A DNA stretch of 64,000 bases from Vicinamibacterales bacterium (GTDB lineage Bacteria > Acidobacteriota > Vicinamibacteria > Vicinamibacterales > JAMQPK01): NCBI GenBank assembly GCA_035937795.1, contig DASZHO010000200.1, positions 8,323-72,322 of the forward strand. The letters run 5' to 3'. The translations under genes were made by a program, and so were the position numbers. Numbering within the stretch: the first letter of the stretch is position 1; every line of letters starts with the position of its first letter. The notes under the pieces are model-generated. The model did no database searches. It was not told the origin of the DNA and worked only from the letters and a program-made list of their open reading frames with translations. Positions 36,260 through 46,282 of this stretch are shown here, in pieces.

Positions 36260-37462
36260 ATGCACATCCTGATGATCGCGCCCGAGCCGTTCTTCGAGCC
36301 GCGCGGCACTCCATTCAGCGAGTATCACCGCATCCGGGCGCTCGCCGATCTCGGGCACACCATCGACCTCGTCACCTATCCCTTTGGAAGCGACGTGGAG
36401 TTGCCGGGGCTCAGGATTTTTCGCGCCGCGCGCCCGCCATTCGTCACGCGCGTGAAGATCGGCCCGTCGGCGGCGAAGCTCTTTCTCGACCTGACGCTGG
36501 CGTGGACGGCGCTGAATCAAGCACGACGCGGACGCTACCACGCGGTGCACTCGCACGAAGAAGGCGCCGCCATCGGCATCCCGATCTCGGCGGCGCTCGG
36601 CATCCCGCATCTCTACGACATGCACTCGAGTCTGCCGCAGCAGCTCGAGAACTTCGCCTTCAGCGACTCGGCCGTGTTGCGCTGGCTGTTCGCGCGCCTG
36701 GAGCGGATCGCGGTTCGCCGTTCGCGCGTCACGATTGTGATTTGCCCCCACCTCCAGGAAACCGCCAGAAAAGTCGCGCCGGATGCGCAGACCATCCTGA
36801 TTGAGAATGCGCCGGGATCGGGGGACATGCCGGAGGCCGGCGCCGGCCTTCATGTCCGGCGTTCGTTCGGCGTCGGCGACTCGGCGCCGATGGTGTTGTA
36901 CACCGGCACCTTCGAGTCTTATCAGGGACTCGACTTGCTGTTCGCGGCGGCGAAAGCGGTGCTCGCCGATCGCCCTGACGTGAGGTTCGTGCTCGCCGGC
37001 GGGAAGCCCGAGCAGGTGGCGCGCGCCAGAGCGCAGGCCGCCGGACTGGGCGCCGAGGGGATCATCTTCGCAGGAGAGCAACCCTCGGAGGCGATTCCCG
37101 GCTTCCTGGATGCCGCCGACGTGCTCGTCTCGCCCCGTCGAACGGGGACGAACACTCCGCTGAAAATCTATCAATACTTGCGATCGGGCCGGGTCATTGT
37201 GGCCACGCGGCTGCTCACCCACACTCAGGTCCTGTCGGATGAGGTGGCGATTCTTACCGACCCCGCGCCGGCCGACTTCGCACGAGGCATCCTGCGCGCC
37301 GTCAATGAACCGGAGCTCGCAGCACGGCTCGGCCAGGCAGCCAGGCGCCTCGCGGAGACGCGCTACACCTACGACGCCTATCTCCAGCGGACGCGCGAAG
37401 CGTGCGCCGCGTTGAGCCTCCCAATCAAAAGGGGACGGGAGTCGTTTTCCCGCGCGCTGTGA
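36260..37462 (+). CDS. Glycosyltransferase family 4
   Basis: ATG 36260 (the 900-aa ORF 34760..37462 is open upstream only because of high GC). MHILMIAPEPFFEPRGTPFS...; VSPRRTGTNTPLKIYQYLRSGRVIVAT. Confidence 0.85.
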   Translation: MHILMIAPEPFFEPRGTPFSEYHRIRALADLGHTIDLVTYPFGSDVELPGLRIFRAARPPFVTRVKIGPSAAKLFLDLTLAWTALNQARRGRYHAVHSHEEGAAIGIPISAALGIPHLYDMHSSLPQQLENFAFSDSAVLRWLFARLERIAVRRSRVTIVICPHLQETARKVAPDAQTILIENAPGSGDMPEAGAGLHVRRSFGVGDSAPMVLYTGTFESYQGLDLLFAAAKAVLADRPDVRFVLAGGKPEQVARARAQAAGLGAEGIIFAGEQPSEAIPGFLDAADVLVSPRRTGTNTPLKIYQYLRSGRVIVATRLLTHTQVLSDEVAILTDPAPADFARGILRAVNEPELAARLGQAARRLAETRYTYDAYLQRTREACAALSLPIKRGRESFSRAL

Positions 37463-38217
37463 AGCGGGGCCCGGAACCTGCCTCTCATTATTCATACACC
37501 GCGTATGCCGATCCGGCGATGGCGTCCGGCTTCGATGCGGGGCGCTTCGGCGGACCCATCGGCCGGCTGCTGCTCGAAGACCAGGAACGCGCGCTCTTCG
37601 CGTTCCTCGGCGAGGTGTCCGGACGGCGCGTGCTCGACGTCGGCACCGGGACCGGACGCGCAGCCATCGCGTTGTCGAAGCGTGGCGCAACGGTCACCGG
37701 CGTCGACGCCTCGGGCGAGATGTTGAAGGTTGCGAGGCGGCGTGCGGCCGAGGAAGGGGTCTCGATCGAATTTCTTGAAGGCGATGCCCATGCACTGGCC
37801 TGGCCGGACCGCGCCTTCGACGCCGTCGTCTGCTTCCGCCTGCTGATGCACGTGCCGGCGTGGCGGACCGCCATGGCCGAGCTCTGCCGCGTCGCAGACA
37901 GAGGGGTGATCTTCGATTACCCGTCGATCGCGAGTATCGCGGCTCTGCAAGCCCTGTGGCGCCGCGCGGCGCTGAAAATGGGCAGCCACGTGGAAGCCTA
38001 CCGGGTGTTCAGCGCGGGCGAGGTCCGCGACGAGCTGGCGTCCCATGGCTTTCGGATTGTCGGCGTCGAGCGTCAATTCGTGTTGCCGATCGCGCTGCAC
38101 AAGCTGGTTGGATCGCCGCGTTTCACTCGAAGTGTCGAAGGCGCATTGTCCGCCGGCGGGTTGCTCCGCGTGGCGGGTTCGCCGGTTACCGTGGCGGCCG
38201 AGCGGTGCGCGTCCTAG
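37459..38217 (+). CDS. Class I SAM-dependent methyltransferase
   Basis: GTG 37459 overlaps the upstream stop (GTGA). VLDVGTGTGRAAIALSKRG (motif I); FDAVVCFRLLMHV. Confidence 0.8.
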   Translation: MKRGPEPASHYSYTAYADPAMASGFDAGRFGGPIGRLLLEDQERALFAFLGEVSGRRVLDVGTGTGRAAIALSKRGATVTGVDASGEMLKVARRRAAEEGVSIEFLEGDAHALAWPDRAFDAVVCFRLLMHVPAWRTAMAELCRVADRGVIFDYPSIASIAALQALWRRAALKMGSHVEAYRVFSAGEVRDELASHGFRIVGVERQFVLPIALHKLVGSPRFTRSVEGALSAGGLLRVAGSPVTVAAERCAS

Positions 38218-39185
38218 TCACAGGGGCGACCGGGTTTACCGGAGGTCATCTCGCCAGAAGCCTTGCGCGGCGCGGATACCAGGTCCGCGGCCTCGCACGA
38301 ACCGCGCCGGCGGCGGCGGATCTGAGTGCCGCGGGCATCGAGCCGGCCGTCGGGGTGCTGGAGGACGGCGCCGCTGTGGCGCGTGCAGTCAAGGACGTTG
38401 ATGTCGTCTATCACATCGCCGCGATTTACAGGCAGGCGGGGATTCCCGCCGCGCGGTACCGCGCCGTCAACGTGACGGCGGTAAGCGATCTGATTGACCT
38501 GGCTGCCGCGGCCGGCGTGACGCGTCTGGTGCACTGCAGCACCGTCGGGGTCCACGGCGACGTCGAGCATCCGCCGGCCGGCGAAGAGGCGCCGCTCAAT
38601 CCGGGCGACGTGTATCAGCGCACCAAGGTCGAAGGCGAGCGCGTCGCGCGCGCTGCCGCGGCGCGGACCGGTCTGGCGGTCACCATCGCGCGACCGACCG
38701 GAATCTACGGACCCGGCGATCGGCGGCTCCTCAAACTGTTCAGGGGCGTGTCTCGGAGGCGCTTTGTCATCCTCGGGTCTGGAGACATCTTCTATCATCT
38801 GACGTACATCGACGATCTCGTGGAAGGCCTCCGGCTGTGTGGGGAAGTGCCGGCTGCCGCCAACCGCACCTACATCCTGGCTGGAGGAGAGGTCACCACG
38901 CTGAACGAGCTCGTCGCCATCATCGCCGAGCAAGCCCACGTCGCGCCGCCGTCTCTGAAGCTGCCCGTGTGGCCCGTGTGGCTTGCCGGCGCCGCCTGCG
39001 AGGCGATCTGCGTCCCGTTCGGAGTCGAGCCGCCCCTCTATCGCCGTCGCGTGGACTTCTTTACGAAAAGCCGCGCCTTCGATATCACGCGCGCGCGGCG
39101 GGAGCTGGGGTACGCTCCGCAGGTCGGGCTGCGCGAGGGGATCCGCAAAACCTTGGAATGGTACCGGGAGCATCGATGGCTGTGA
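38205..39185 (+). CDS. NAD-dependent epimerase/dehydratase (extended SDR)
   Basis: GTG 38205. VLVTGATGFTGGHLARSL; DVYQRTK (YxxxK). The ORF track opens far upstream at 37860. Confidence 0.85.
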   Translation: MRVLVTGATGFTGGHLARSLARRGYQVRGLARTAPAAADLSAAGIEPAVGVLEDGAAVARAVKDVDVVYHIAAIYRQAGIPAARYRAVNVTAVSDLIDLAAAAGVTRLVHCSTVGVHGDVEHPPAGEEAPLNPGDVYQRTKVEGERVARAAAARTGLAVTIARPTGIYGPGDRRLLKLFRGVSRRRFVILGSGDIFYHLTYIDDLVEGLRLCGEVPAAANRTYILAGGEVTTLNELVAIIAEQAHVAPPSLKLPVWPVWLAGAACEAICVPFGVEPPLYRRRVDFFTKSRAFDITRARRELGYAPQVGLREGIRKTLEWYREHRWL

Positions 39186-39907
39186 CCGGCGTCCCGCGGG
39201 CGCAGGACGATCTGTTCAAGCCGGGGATGACCGCGCGCCAGAGATATTCCGCGCTCGTCGTCGGTAAGAGCGGCTGGCTCGACCTGCTCGCTTACGAGGC
39301 CGTCGTGCTGATGACGCAGAGCGTCCCGGGTGCGCTCGGCCTCGCGCTGCGCCAGACCTTCTATCCGTCGCTCCTCGGATCGTGCGGGCGCAATGTGGTC
39401 TTCGGTCAGAATGTCGTGCTGCGGCACCCGCACAAGGTTCGCATCGGCGACAACGTGGTCATTGACGACAACTGCCTCGTCGACGCAAAAGGATCGACCA
39501 ACTCGGGCATTCGGATTGGAACGGGCGTGTTCATCGGCCGGAATTCGATCCTTTCCTGCAAGAACGGCGACATCGAGATCGGCGACGGCGCGAACATCGG
39601 CTTCAATTGCGAGATCTTTTCCGCCAGCCGGGTGACGATCGGCGAACGGACGCTGATAGCCGCCTACTGCTACCTGGTAGGGGGAGATCACGATTTTGCC
39701 GATCCGGGGAAACCGATACTCGACCAGCCGCGGACATCGGCGGGGATCAGCCTGGGAGCCGGCGCGTGGCTGGGGGCCGGCGTGACCGTGCTGGACGGTG
39801 TCACGATCGGATCGGGCGCTGTCGTCGGCGCGGCGGCCCTGGTGCGCGAGTCGGTGCCCGACAACGCCACCGCGGCGGGTATCCCGGCGCGGATTATTCG
39901 CCCATGA
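39176..39907 (+). CDS. Left-handed beta-helix (hexapeptide-repeat) acetyltransferase
   Basis: ATG 39176. Hexapeptide repeats IGDNVVIDDNCLV, IGTGVFIGRNSIL, IGDGANIGFNCEI, LGAGAWLGAGVTVLDGVTIGSGAVVGAAALV. Confidence 0.8.
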   Translation: MAVTGVPRAQDDLFKPGMTARQRYSALVVGKSGWLDLLAYEAVVLMTQSVPGALGLALRQTFYPSLLGSCGRNVVFGQNVVLRHPHKVRIGDNVVIDDNCLVDAKGSTNSGIRIGTGVFIGRNSILSCKNGDIEIGDGANIGFNCEIFSASRVTIGERTLIAAYCYLVGGDHDFADPGKPILDQPRTSAGISLGAGAWLGAGVTVLDGVTIGSGAVVGAAALVRESVPDNATAAGIPARIIRP

Positions 39908-40947
39908 GCCGAGTCGCGGTCGTGACATCCAGCCCGTTGTTTGTGGAGGGTGGCCATCTGGTGATGGCGCGTTCGCTTGTTCGGGCGCTTCGCGAAGCCG
40001 GCCATGAATCGCAGCTCGTGATCACGCCACAGAACCGGTTCGGCCGTCAGGCGTCTGCGTACCTCGCAGCCTGGCTGACCGATCTGGGCGTCGGCCACGA
40101 TGGGCAGAAAGTCAACCAGGTTATCTCCCTGCGCTATCCGAGCTACGCCGTGCGTCACCCGTTCCATGTCTGCTGGCTCAACCACACCATGCGCGAGTAC
40201 TACGATCAGTGGGACGCCTTCAGCGCGCCCCTGAGCTGGAAGGGGCGGCTGAAGGAGAGCGCGCGCCGGCTGCTCATCCACCGGGTCGATCGACGGCTCC
40301 TCACGAAGAACGTGCGGAAGCTGTTCACGCTCTCTCGCACCGTGCAGGCCCGGCTGACGCGCTGGGGGTCGATCGGCTCCGAGGTGCTGTATCCTCCGCC
40401 GCCGCAGCGAGCCTACCGGTGCGAGGCTTACGGTGACTATATTTTTGCCGTTTCCCGTCTCGCGCCACTCAAGCGGCTGTCGCTCCTGATAGAGGCGCTG
40501 GCCGATCCGGCGGCGGAAGGGATTCGCTGCGTGATTGCCGGAGAAGGCGAAGAGCGCGCTATCCTGGAGCAGGCGATCTCCGCGCGAGGCCTGTCGCCGC
40601 GGGTCAAGTTGATCGGCCGTATAGACGACCATCAGCTTGTCGACCATCTGTCGCGGTGCCGGGCCGTGTGTTTCCCCCCCTTTGATGAAGACTACGGATT
40701 CGTGACCGTCGAGGCGTTCGCGTCGCGCAAACCGGTCATTACCTGTACCGACAGCGGCGGCGCCGCCGAGCTGGTCGCGGACGGCGTGACCGGCAGAGTG
40801 TGCGCGCCGCGGCCGCAGGCGCTCGCCGTGGCGCTGCGTGAGGTGATGGAGGATGCCGGCCTGGCGGAGCGGATGGGGGGCGCCGGCCTCGAGCGCGCGT
40901 CCCGATTGACGTGGCCTGCCGCGCTCGGCCAACTACTGATGGAGTGA
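39904..40947 (+). CDS. Glycosyltransferase family 4
   Basis: ATG 39904 overlaps the upstream stop (ATGA). FPPFDEDYGFVTVEAFASRKPVITCTDSGGAAELV (EX7E region). Confidence 0.8.
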   Translation: MSRVAVVTSSPLFVEGGHLVMARSLVRALREAGHESQLVITPQNRFGRQASAYLAAWLTDLGVGHDGQKVNQVISLRYPSYAVRHPFHVCWLNHTMREYYDQWDAFSAPLSWKGRLKESARRLLIHRVDRRLLTKNVRKLFTLSRTVQARLTRWGSIGSEVLYPPPPQRAYRCEAYGDYIFAVSRLAPLKRLSLLIEALADPAAEGIRCVIAGEGEERAILEQAISARGLSPRVKLIGRIDDHQLVDHLSRCRAVCFPPFDEDYGFVTVEAFASRKPVITCTDSGGAAELVADGVTGRVCAPRPQALAVALREVMEDAGLAERMGGAGLERASRLTWPAALGQLLME

Positions 40948-40949
40948 AC

Positions 40950-41761
<812 letters not shown>

Positions 41762-41765
<4 letters not shown>

Positions 41766-42211
41766 AGGCCGTCATTCAGCGCGTGTCTTCCGCGCAGGTT
41801 CGAGTCGCCCAGCGCGTCGTCGGTGAAATCGACAAGGGTCTTCTTCTGTTTGCCGGAGTTGAGAAGACCGACGGTCCAGACGACGTTCGATACATCGCAG
41901 GAAAGGTGCGCGACCTCCGGATCTTCGAAGACGCTCGGGGAAAGATGAACGTGCCCGTCGGCGATGCGGGCGGCGCCGTGCTGGTGGTGTCGCAATTCAC
42001 GCTATGCGGCGACTGCCGGCGCGGACGCCGGCCGTCGTTCGACGAAGCCGCAGCGCCGGAGGCGGCGCGGCCGATTTACGAGCAGCTGATTGCGGCGCTC
42101 CGCACGTCGCAGCTTGAGGTTCAGACCGGCGAATTTCAGGCCCACATGGATGTCGAGCTCGTCAACGACGGTCCGGTGACGATCTTGCTCGATAGCCGGC
42201 GCCGCTTCTGA
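41762..42211 (+). CDS. dtd: D-aminoacyl-tRNA deacylase
   Basis: ATG 41762 overlaps the ttcA stop (ATGA). [15 protein letters not shown]...[10 protein letters not shown]...RGRRPSF...NDGPVTILL. Confidence 0.9.
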
Positions 42212-42234
42212 AAGGGCGCGTTTCAGGAGATGTG

Positions 42235-43074
42235 ATGAGACTTCGAGATGCGATCTGCGGCGCCATGGTCCTCTCGGCGCTCGCGCCGGCCGGCGCACGT
42301 GCCCAGCAGCGGCCGCTGGTGACTGAAGATCCGGAAACGGTGGGCGTCAACCGCGTGCTCGTCGAAGGCGGGATGGAGTTCGACCGGGACCAGCTGTATT
42401 CGGCATACGGTCTGAAGGGCGACACCACGCATGGGCCCACCTTCGGCGTCAGCGTGGGCCTCGGCCCCAGCACCGAAATTCATGTCGATGCCGGCCTGTT
42501 GCAGCGCCTCCATGTCAACACGCGCACACCAGCGCCTCTTTCCCAGGTCCTTGATTTCACTACCGGCACCTCGTCGAGCCTCGAAGACTTCACCGTCGCG
42601 ACGAAGATTCGCCTCGCGGGGGAGCACGAGGGCCACCCGGCGTTCGGCGTTCGCTTCGGCACCAAGCTGCCGACGGCCAGGCGCGAGAGTGGCATGGGGC
42701 TCGGCACGACTGACTTTTTTGCGGCGTTTCTCGTCGGCAAGACCGTCGAGTCTGTCCGCACCGTCGGCAATGTCGGCTTGTTGGTGCTGGGCAATCCGAT
42801 CAGCGCGCAGCAACCGGTCCGCGCGCTCGCGTTGGGGCTGTCGGTCGCGCGCGCGCTGACCAACGACTTCGAGGTGGTCGGCGAAGTCAACGGTCATCTG
42901 GATCCGATGGGCCCCGCTCCTCCGCCAGGCACGGAGGGCCGGGGCATCCTGCGGCTCGCCGGCCGTTACACGCACGGGCTGCTCCGCCTGGACCTCGGCA
43001 TTCTGGTCGGCATTACCCCGCGCGACCCGGCGTTCGGCATCTCTGCGGGCGCCACCTACGTGATCGGCAAGTGA
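42235..43074 (+). CDS. Putative outer-membrane beta-barrel protein (family not recognised)
   Basis: AGGAGA 4 nt upstream of ATG 42235. Signal peptide MRLRDAICGAMVLSALAPAGARAQQ. Alternating hydrophobic, Gly/Thr-rich strand-like pattern. Confidence 0.5.
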   Translation: MRLRDAICGAMVLSALAPAGARAQQRPLVTEDPETVGVNRVLVEGGMEFDRDQLYSAYGLKGDTTHGPTFGVSVGLGPSTEIHVDAGLLQRLHVNTRTPAPLSQVLDFTTGTSSSLEDFTVATKIRLAGEHEGHPAFGVRFGTKLPTARRESGMGLGTTDFFAAFLVGKTVESVRTVGNVGLLVLGNPISAQQPVRALALGLSVARALTNDFEVVGEVNGHLDPMGPAPPPGTEGRGILRLAGRYTHGLLRLDLGILVGITPRDPAFGISAGATYVIGK

Positions 43075-43077
43075 GCG

Positions 43078-44535
43078 TCATCCGATTTCGTAGAAGTTCT
43101 TGACGGCGGCGATCTCCGAGGCGGTGCGATCGGCGGACCAGCCAAGAATCTGCTGCATACTGCTGCCGTACCTCGCGACGAGCTCATCGCCGGGATAGCC
43201 GGCGGCGCCCACGCCGGTGCGGCGAATCACGACGTCGGCCAGCGTCTGCGCCATCTCCACGTCGATCGCCCGGCGCATCGGATCGCCGGCAGGCGCGTCC
43301 TCGATTCCCGCGGTCGGCAGCTCCAATTCAGCCGTCCGGCACGCCACGGCAGGACGGCGGAGCTTCTTCAGGATCAGATCGACGGCCTGCTGCGCAACCG
43401 CGCGCGCTGTCGTGTACTTCACGCCGACGATCGACATCACGCCGGGCAAGCCGTCCTGGGCGTGGTCGATGATCTGCGAATGGCCCAGCAGCGTGAGCCG
43501 GCGGTCGCGCTTCGCTGCGGGAACGATTCCTCGATGCACCAGCGTCACTTCGGAGGCATCGAGATCGAGGCCTCGAAAAGCTTCGTTCACTTCGGCGAGA
43601 AACGAGGCCACTTCGCCGCTGTCTGCTCCCCGATCGTCCGGAGCATGCTCACGGGCCGATTCGCTGGTGCCGACCAGCGAGCGGCCTTGCCACGGGAGCA
43701 GGACGAACGCCCGTCCGCTTTTTGCCGGCGCGACGAGTGCAGCCGGGCGTGCCGGACGCGACGTCACGAGATTCATCGCCTTCAGCAGCGGCCACGAACG
43801 CGTCACCCCTGATTGCGCAAGAAGCGACGACACCCACGGTCCGGCCGCGTTCACGACCAGCCGTGCCCGGACTTCGAAGCCGGCGTTCGTCCGCACATCG
43901 CGCGCGGGGATCCGTTTGACGCCGTCGTGATCTTTGACCGGTCCCAACGCCTCGGCGTAGTTCGCCAGCACCGCGCCGCCCTCGGCCGCGCCCAGCGCGA
44001 ACGCGAGCGTGAGCCGATCGTTATGTACGGCTTCGTAGTCGTACCACATGGCACCGGCGCCGAGGTGTCCGGTCTCGAGACCCTCGAAGAACGTCCGGCA
44101 CTCCGAGGCAGGCACGAGCCGGCCTGGCGGCAGATGAAGCCTCGGCTCGAGTCCCCGGTTGCGGTCCGACGCAATCACGGCGTCAATTGCAAGCGCGGCC
44201 CGCATTGCGAGCGGATTCCTGGTGAGCGTCGGCGACGTCGGCATGACGAAAGGAAGCGGCGCCACAAATCGCGGCGCTATCCGCGCGAAGGCGCGCCGCT
44301 CGCGAATCGCCTCGCGCATGCGGCGCACGTCGGCGGTCTGCAGGTAGCGAAGCCCGCCGTGGATCGTTTTCAGATGATTGAAGGAGGTCGCCCCGCCAAA
44401 ATCGCCCCGTTCGACCAGCGCAACCGCGAGCCCGCGCTGCGCCGCGTCGTAGGCGGCCGACAGGCCGTAGATGCCGCCGCCGACGATGAGGAGGTCGAAC
44501 AGAGTGGAGGAGAGACGCGGAAGATCTCTGATCAC
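43078..44535 (-). CDS. glpD: FAD-dependent glycerol-3-phosphate dehydrogenase
   Basis: GTG 44535. FDLLIVGGGIYGLSAAYDAAQRGLAVALVERGDFGGATSFNHLKTIHGGLRYL. Confidence 0.85.
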   Translation of the reverse strand: MIRDLPRLSSTLFDLLIVGGGIYGLSAAYDAAQRGLAVALVERGDFGGATSFNHLKTIHGGLRYLQTADVRRMREAIRERRAFARIAPRFVAPLPFVMPTSPTLTRNPLAMRAALAIDAVIASDRNRGLEPRLHLPPGRLVPASECRTFFEGLETGHLGAGAMWYDYEAVHNDRLTLAFALGAAEGGAVLANYAEALGPVKDHDGVKRIPARDVRTNAGFEVRARLVVNAAGPWVSSLLAQSGVTRSWPLLKAMNLVTSRPARPAALVAPAKSGRAFVLLPWQGRSLVGTSESAREHAPDDRGADSGEVASFLAEVNEAFRGLDLDASEVTLVHRGIVPAAKRDRRLTLLGHSQIIDHAQDGLPGVMSIVGVKYTTARAVAQQAVDLILKKLRRPAVACRTAELELPTAGIEDAPAGDPMRRAIDVEMAQTLADVVIRRTGVGAAGYPGDELVARYGSSMQQILGWSADRTASEIAAVKNFYEIG

Positions 44536-44561
44536 GCCGGAGATATCTTATAGTAGGCGTC

Positions 44562-45341
44562 GTGTCGAAACCTTCGCCGCCGATCGCGTCCCAGCGCTCG
44601 GTCCGCCAGTACTGGGAAGAGCACATTCACGATCTCGACGTCACGCGTCACCCGCCCGGGTCGCCGGGATTTTTCGCCGACCTCGAGCAATACCATTTCG
44701 AGAAGCTCCACCATCTGCCGCGGCTGGTGCCCTTCGATCAGTACCGTGGCCGGCGCGTGCTGGAGGTGGGATGCGGTGCCGGCACCGACCTGATTCGATT
44801 CGCGCGAAACGGCGCGCGCGTCACCGGCGTCGACATGGCCGCCTCGGCCGTCAAACTGGCCGCCGGCAATTTCTCGATCGAAGGACGGAAGGCGGGTCTG
44901 CTGGTGGCCGACGGTGAAGCCCTGCCGTTCGCCGATCACAGCTTCGATCTCGTCTACGCTCACGGCGTCGTGCAGTACACAACCAGCGATCGCGCGCTGG
45001 TACAGGAATGCCGCCGCGTCCTCAATCCCGGCGGCCTGGCGATTTTTCAGGTCTACAACCGGATTTCCTGGCTGAACGCCTTGTCGCGCGTGACCAAGGT
45101 CGACCTCGAGCACACCGACGCGCCGGTCCTCGGGAAATATTCAATCGGCGAGTTCAAGAGCCTCCTCAAAGACTTTTCGCGGGTGCGGATCGTGCCCGAG
45201 CGGTTTCCCGTCAAGACGCGGCTGCACGGCGGGTTGAAAGGCTTGATCTACAACACATGCTTCGTGGGGCTGTTCAATGCCATGCCGAGATCGCTGGTGC
45301 GCCGGTACGGCTGGCATCTGCTGGCGTTCTGTGAGGCTTAG
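44562..45341 (+). CDS. Class I SAM-dependent methyltransferase
   Basis: GTG 44562. VLEVGCGAGTDLIRFARNGARVTGVD; FDLVYAHGVVQY. Confidence 0.8.
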   Translation: MSKPSPPIASQRSVRQYWEEHIHDLDVTRHPPGSPGFFADLEQYHFEKLHHLPRLVPFDQYRGRRVLEVGCGAGTDLIRFARNGARVTGVDMAASAVKLAAGNFSIEGRKAGLLVADGEALPFADHSFDLVYAHGVVQYTTSDRALVQECRRVLNPGGLAIFQVYNRISWLNALSRVTKVDLEHTDAPVLGKYSIGEFKSLLKDFSRVRIVPERFPVKTRLHGGLKGLIYNTCFVGLFNAMPRSLVRRYGWHLLAFCEA

Positions 45342-46157
45342 GTGAGGCCGAAGGGTATTCCGGTCGTGAAGGGCCACGCTTACGGAAACGACTTTCTGCT
45401 CGTGCCGCAATCGGCCGTGGCGGGGCTCGATCTCGGACCGTTGTCGCGCGCGATGTGCCATCGGCAGACCGGCATCGGCGGCGACGGCCTTGTCACCTAC
45501 AGGTTCGACGGCGGGCACGGCGCGGACGCGTCCTTCCGTCTCTTCAACGCGGACGGAAGCCCTTCGGAGATGTCGGGCAACGGCATCCGGTGTCTGGCGG
45601 CGCTCTTGGGCCGCGAAAATCCGGAGATGTCGACCGTCACGATCGACACGCCCGCCGGGCTGAAAGTGCTCGAGTTGATGGGAGATGCGGAAGACGCGCG
45701 CACGTTCAGGGCGTCGATGGGCGCGCCAACCGATATTCGCGTGCTCACGCTCGAGGCCGCCGGCGAGCGTGTGCGGGTGGTCGCCTTGTCGGTCGGCAAT
45801 CCGCAATGCGTGCTGCTGGAGAATTCCCTGGATGAGTCGCGGCTTCACCGGCTCGGGCCCGCGCTCGAACACCATCCGCAGTTTCCCCACCGCACCAACG
45901 TCTCGTTTGCGCATGTTGAAACGCCGGACCGCATTCGTATCCTGATCTGGGAGCGCGGGGCCGGGCCGACGCTGGCGAGCGGCACGGGCGCCTGCGGCGC
46001 AGCGGTGGCCGCCGCTGCCCATGGCGGGGCGGCGCGCGATGTCGAAGTGGTGTCTCCGGGCGGCAGCCAGCGCGTCGAGTGGCGCGAAGACGGCCTCTAT
46101 CTTACCGGCTGGGCAAAGCTGGTGTTCGAAGGCGTCTGGCTTGGACCTGTGGTCTAG
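45342..46157 (+). CDS. dapF: Diaminopimelate epimerase
   Basis: KGHAYGNDFLLV, EMSGNGIRCLAA (first catalytic Cys), GNPQCV, ERGAGPTLASGTGACGAAVAA (second Cys). Confidence 0.9.
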   Translation: MRPKGIPVVKGHAYGNDFLLVPQSAVAGLDLGPLSRAMCHRQTGIGGDGLVTYRFDGGHGADASFRLFNADGSPSEMSGNGIRCLAALLGRENPEMSTVTIDTPAGLKVLELMGDAEDARTFRASMGAPTDIRVLTLEAAGERVRVVALSVGNPQCVLLENSLDESRLHRLGPALEHHPQFPHRTNVSFAHVETPDRIRILIWERGAGPTLASGTGACGAAVAAAAHGGAARDVEVVSPGGSQRVEWREDGLYLTGWAKLVFEGVWLGPVV

Positions 46158-46170
46158 TGGGGTCTAGTGG
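46151..46170. repeat. Perfect 10-bp tandem direct repeat GGTCTAGTGG x2 spanning the dapF stop codon
   Basis: Read directly: 46151-46160 and 46161-46170 are identical. Confidence 0.9.
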
Positions 46171-46197
46171 GCCACTAAGATTAGGTGGCAGTTTTCA
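46171..46197 (+). terminator. Candidate intrinsic terminator after dapF
   Basis: GCCAC (46171-46175) pairs with GTGGC (46185-46189); extendable with one bulge to GCCACTAA/TTAGGTGGC. AGTTTTC follows. A second perfect palindrome, CTGCGCCGCGGCGCAG, lies at 46210-46225. Confidence 0.4.
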
Positions 46198-46282
46198 AAG
46201 TCGCCGGCCCTGCGCCGCGGCGCAGTTTCGACGTCCCTCGGCCCTCCCTTCAGCCTCGCGCTTCCTGTCTCGAGGCCGGCGG

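Noticed and set aside
34362-36314. 650-aa minus-strand ORF, and the first ~500 codons of the 900-aa plus-strand ORF 34760..37462
   Set aside because: The translations are Arg/Pro/Gly/Ala-rich low-complexity strings. They run out of frame or antisense to three well-supported genes (34004..35218, 35243..36226, 36260..37462). These are typical open frames of high-GC DNA.
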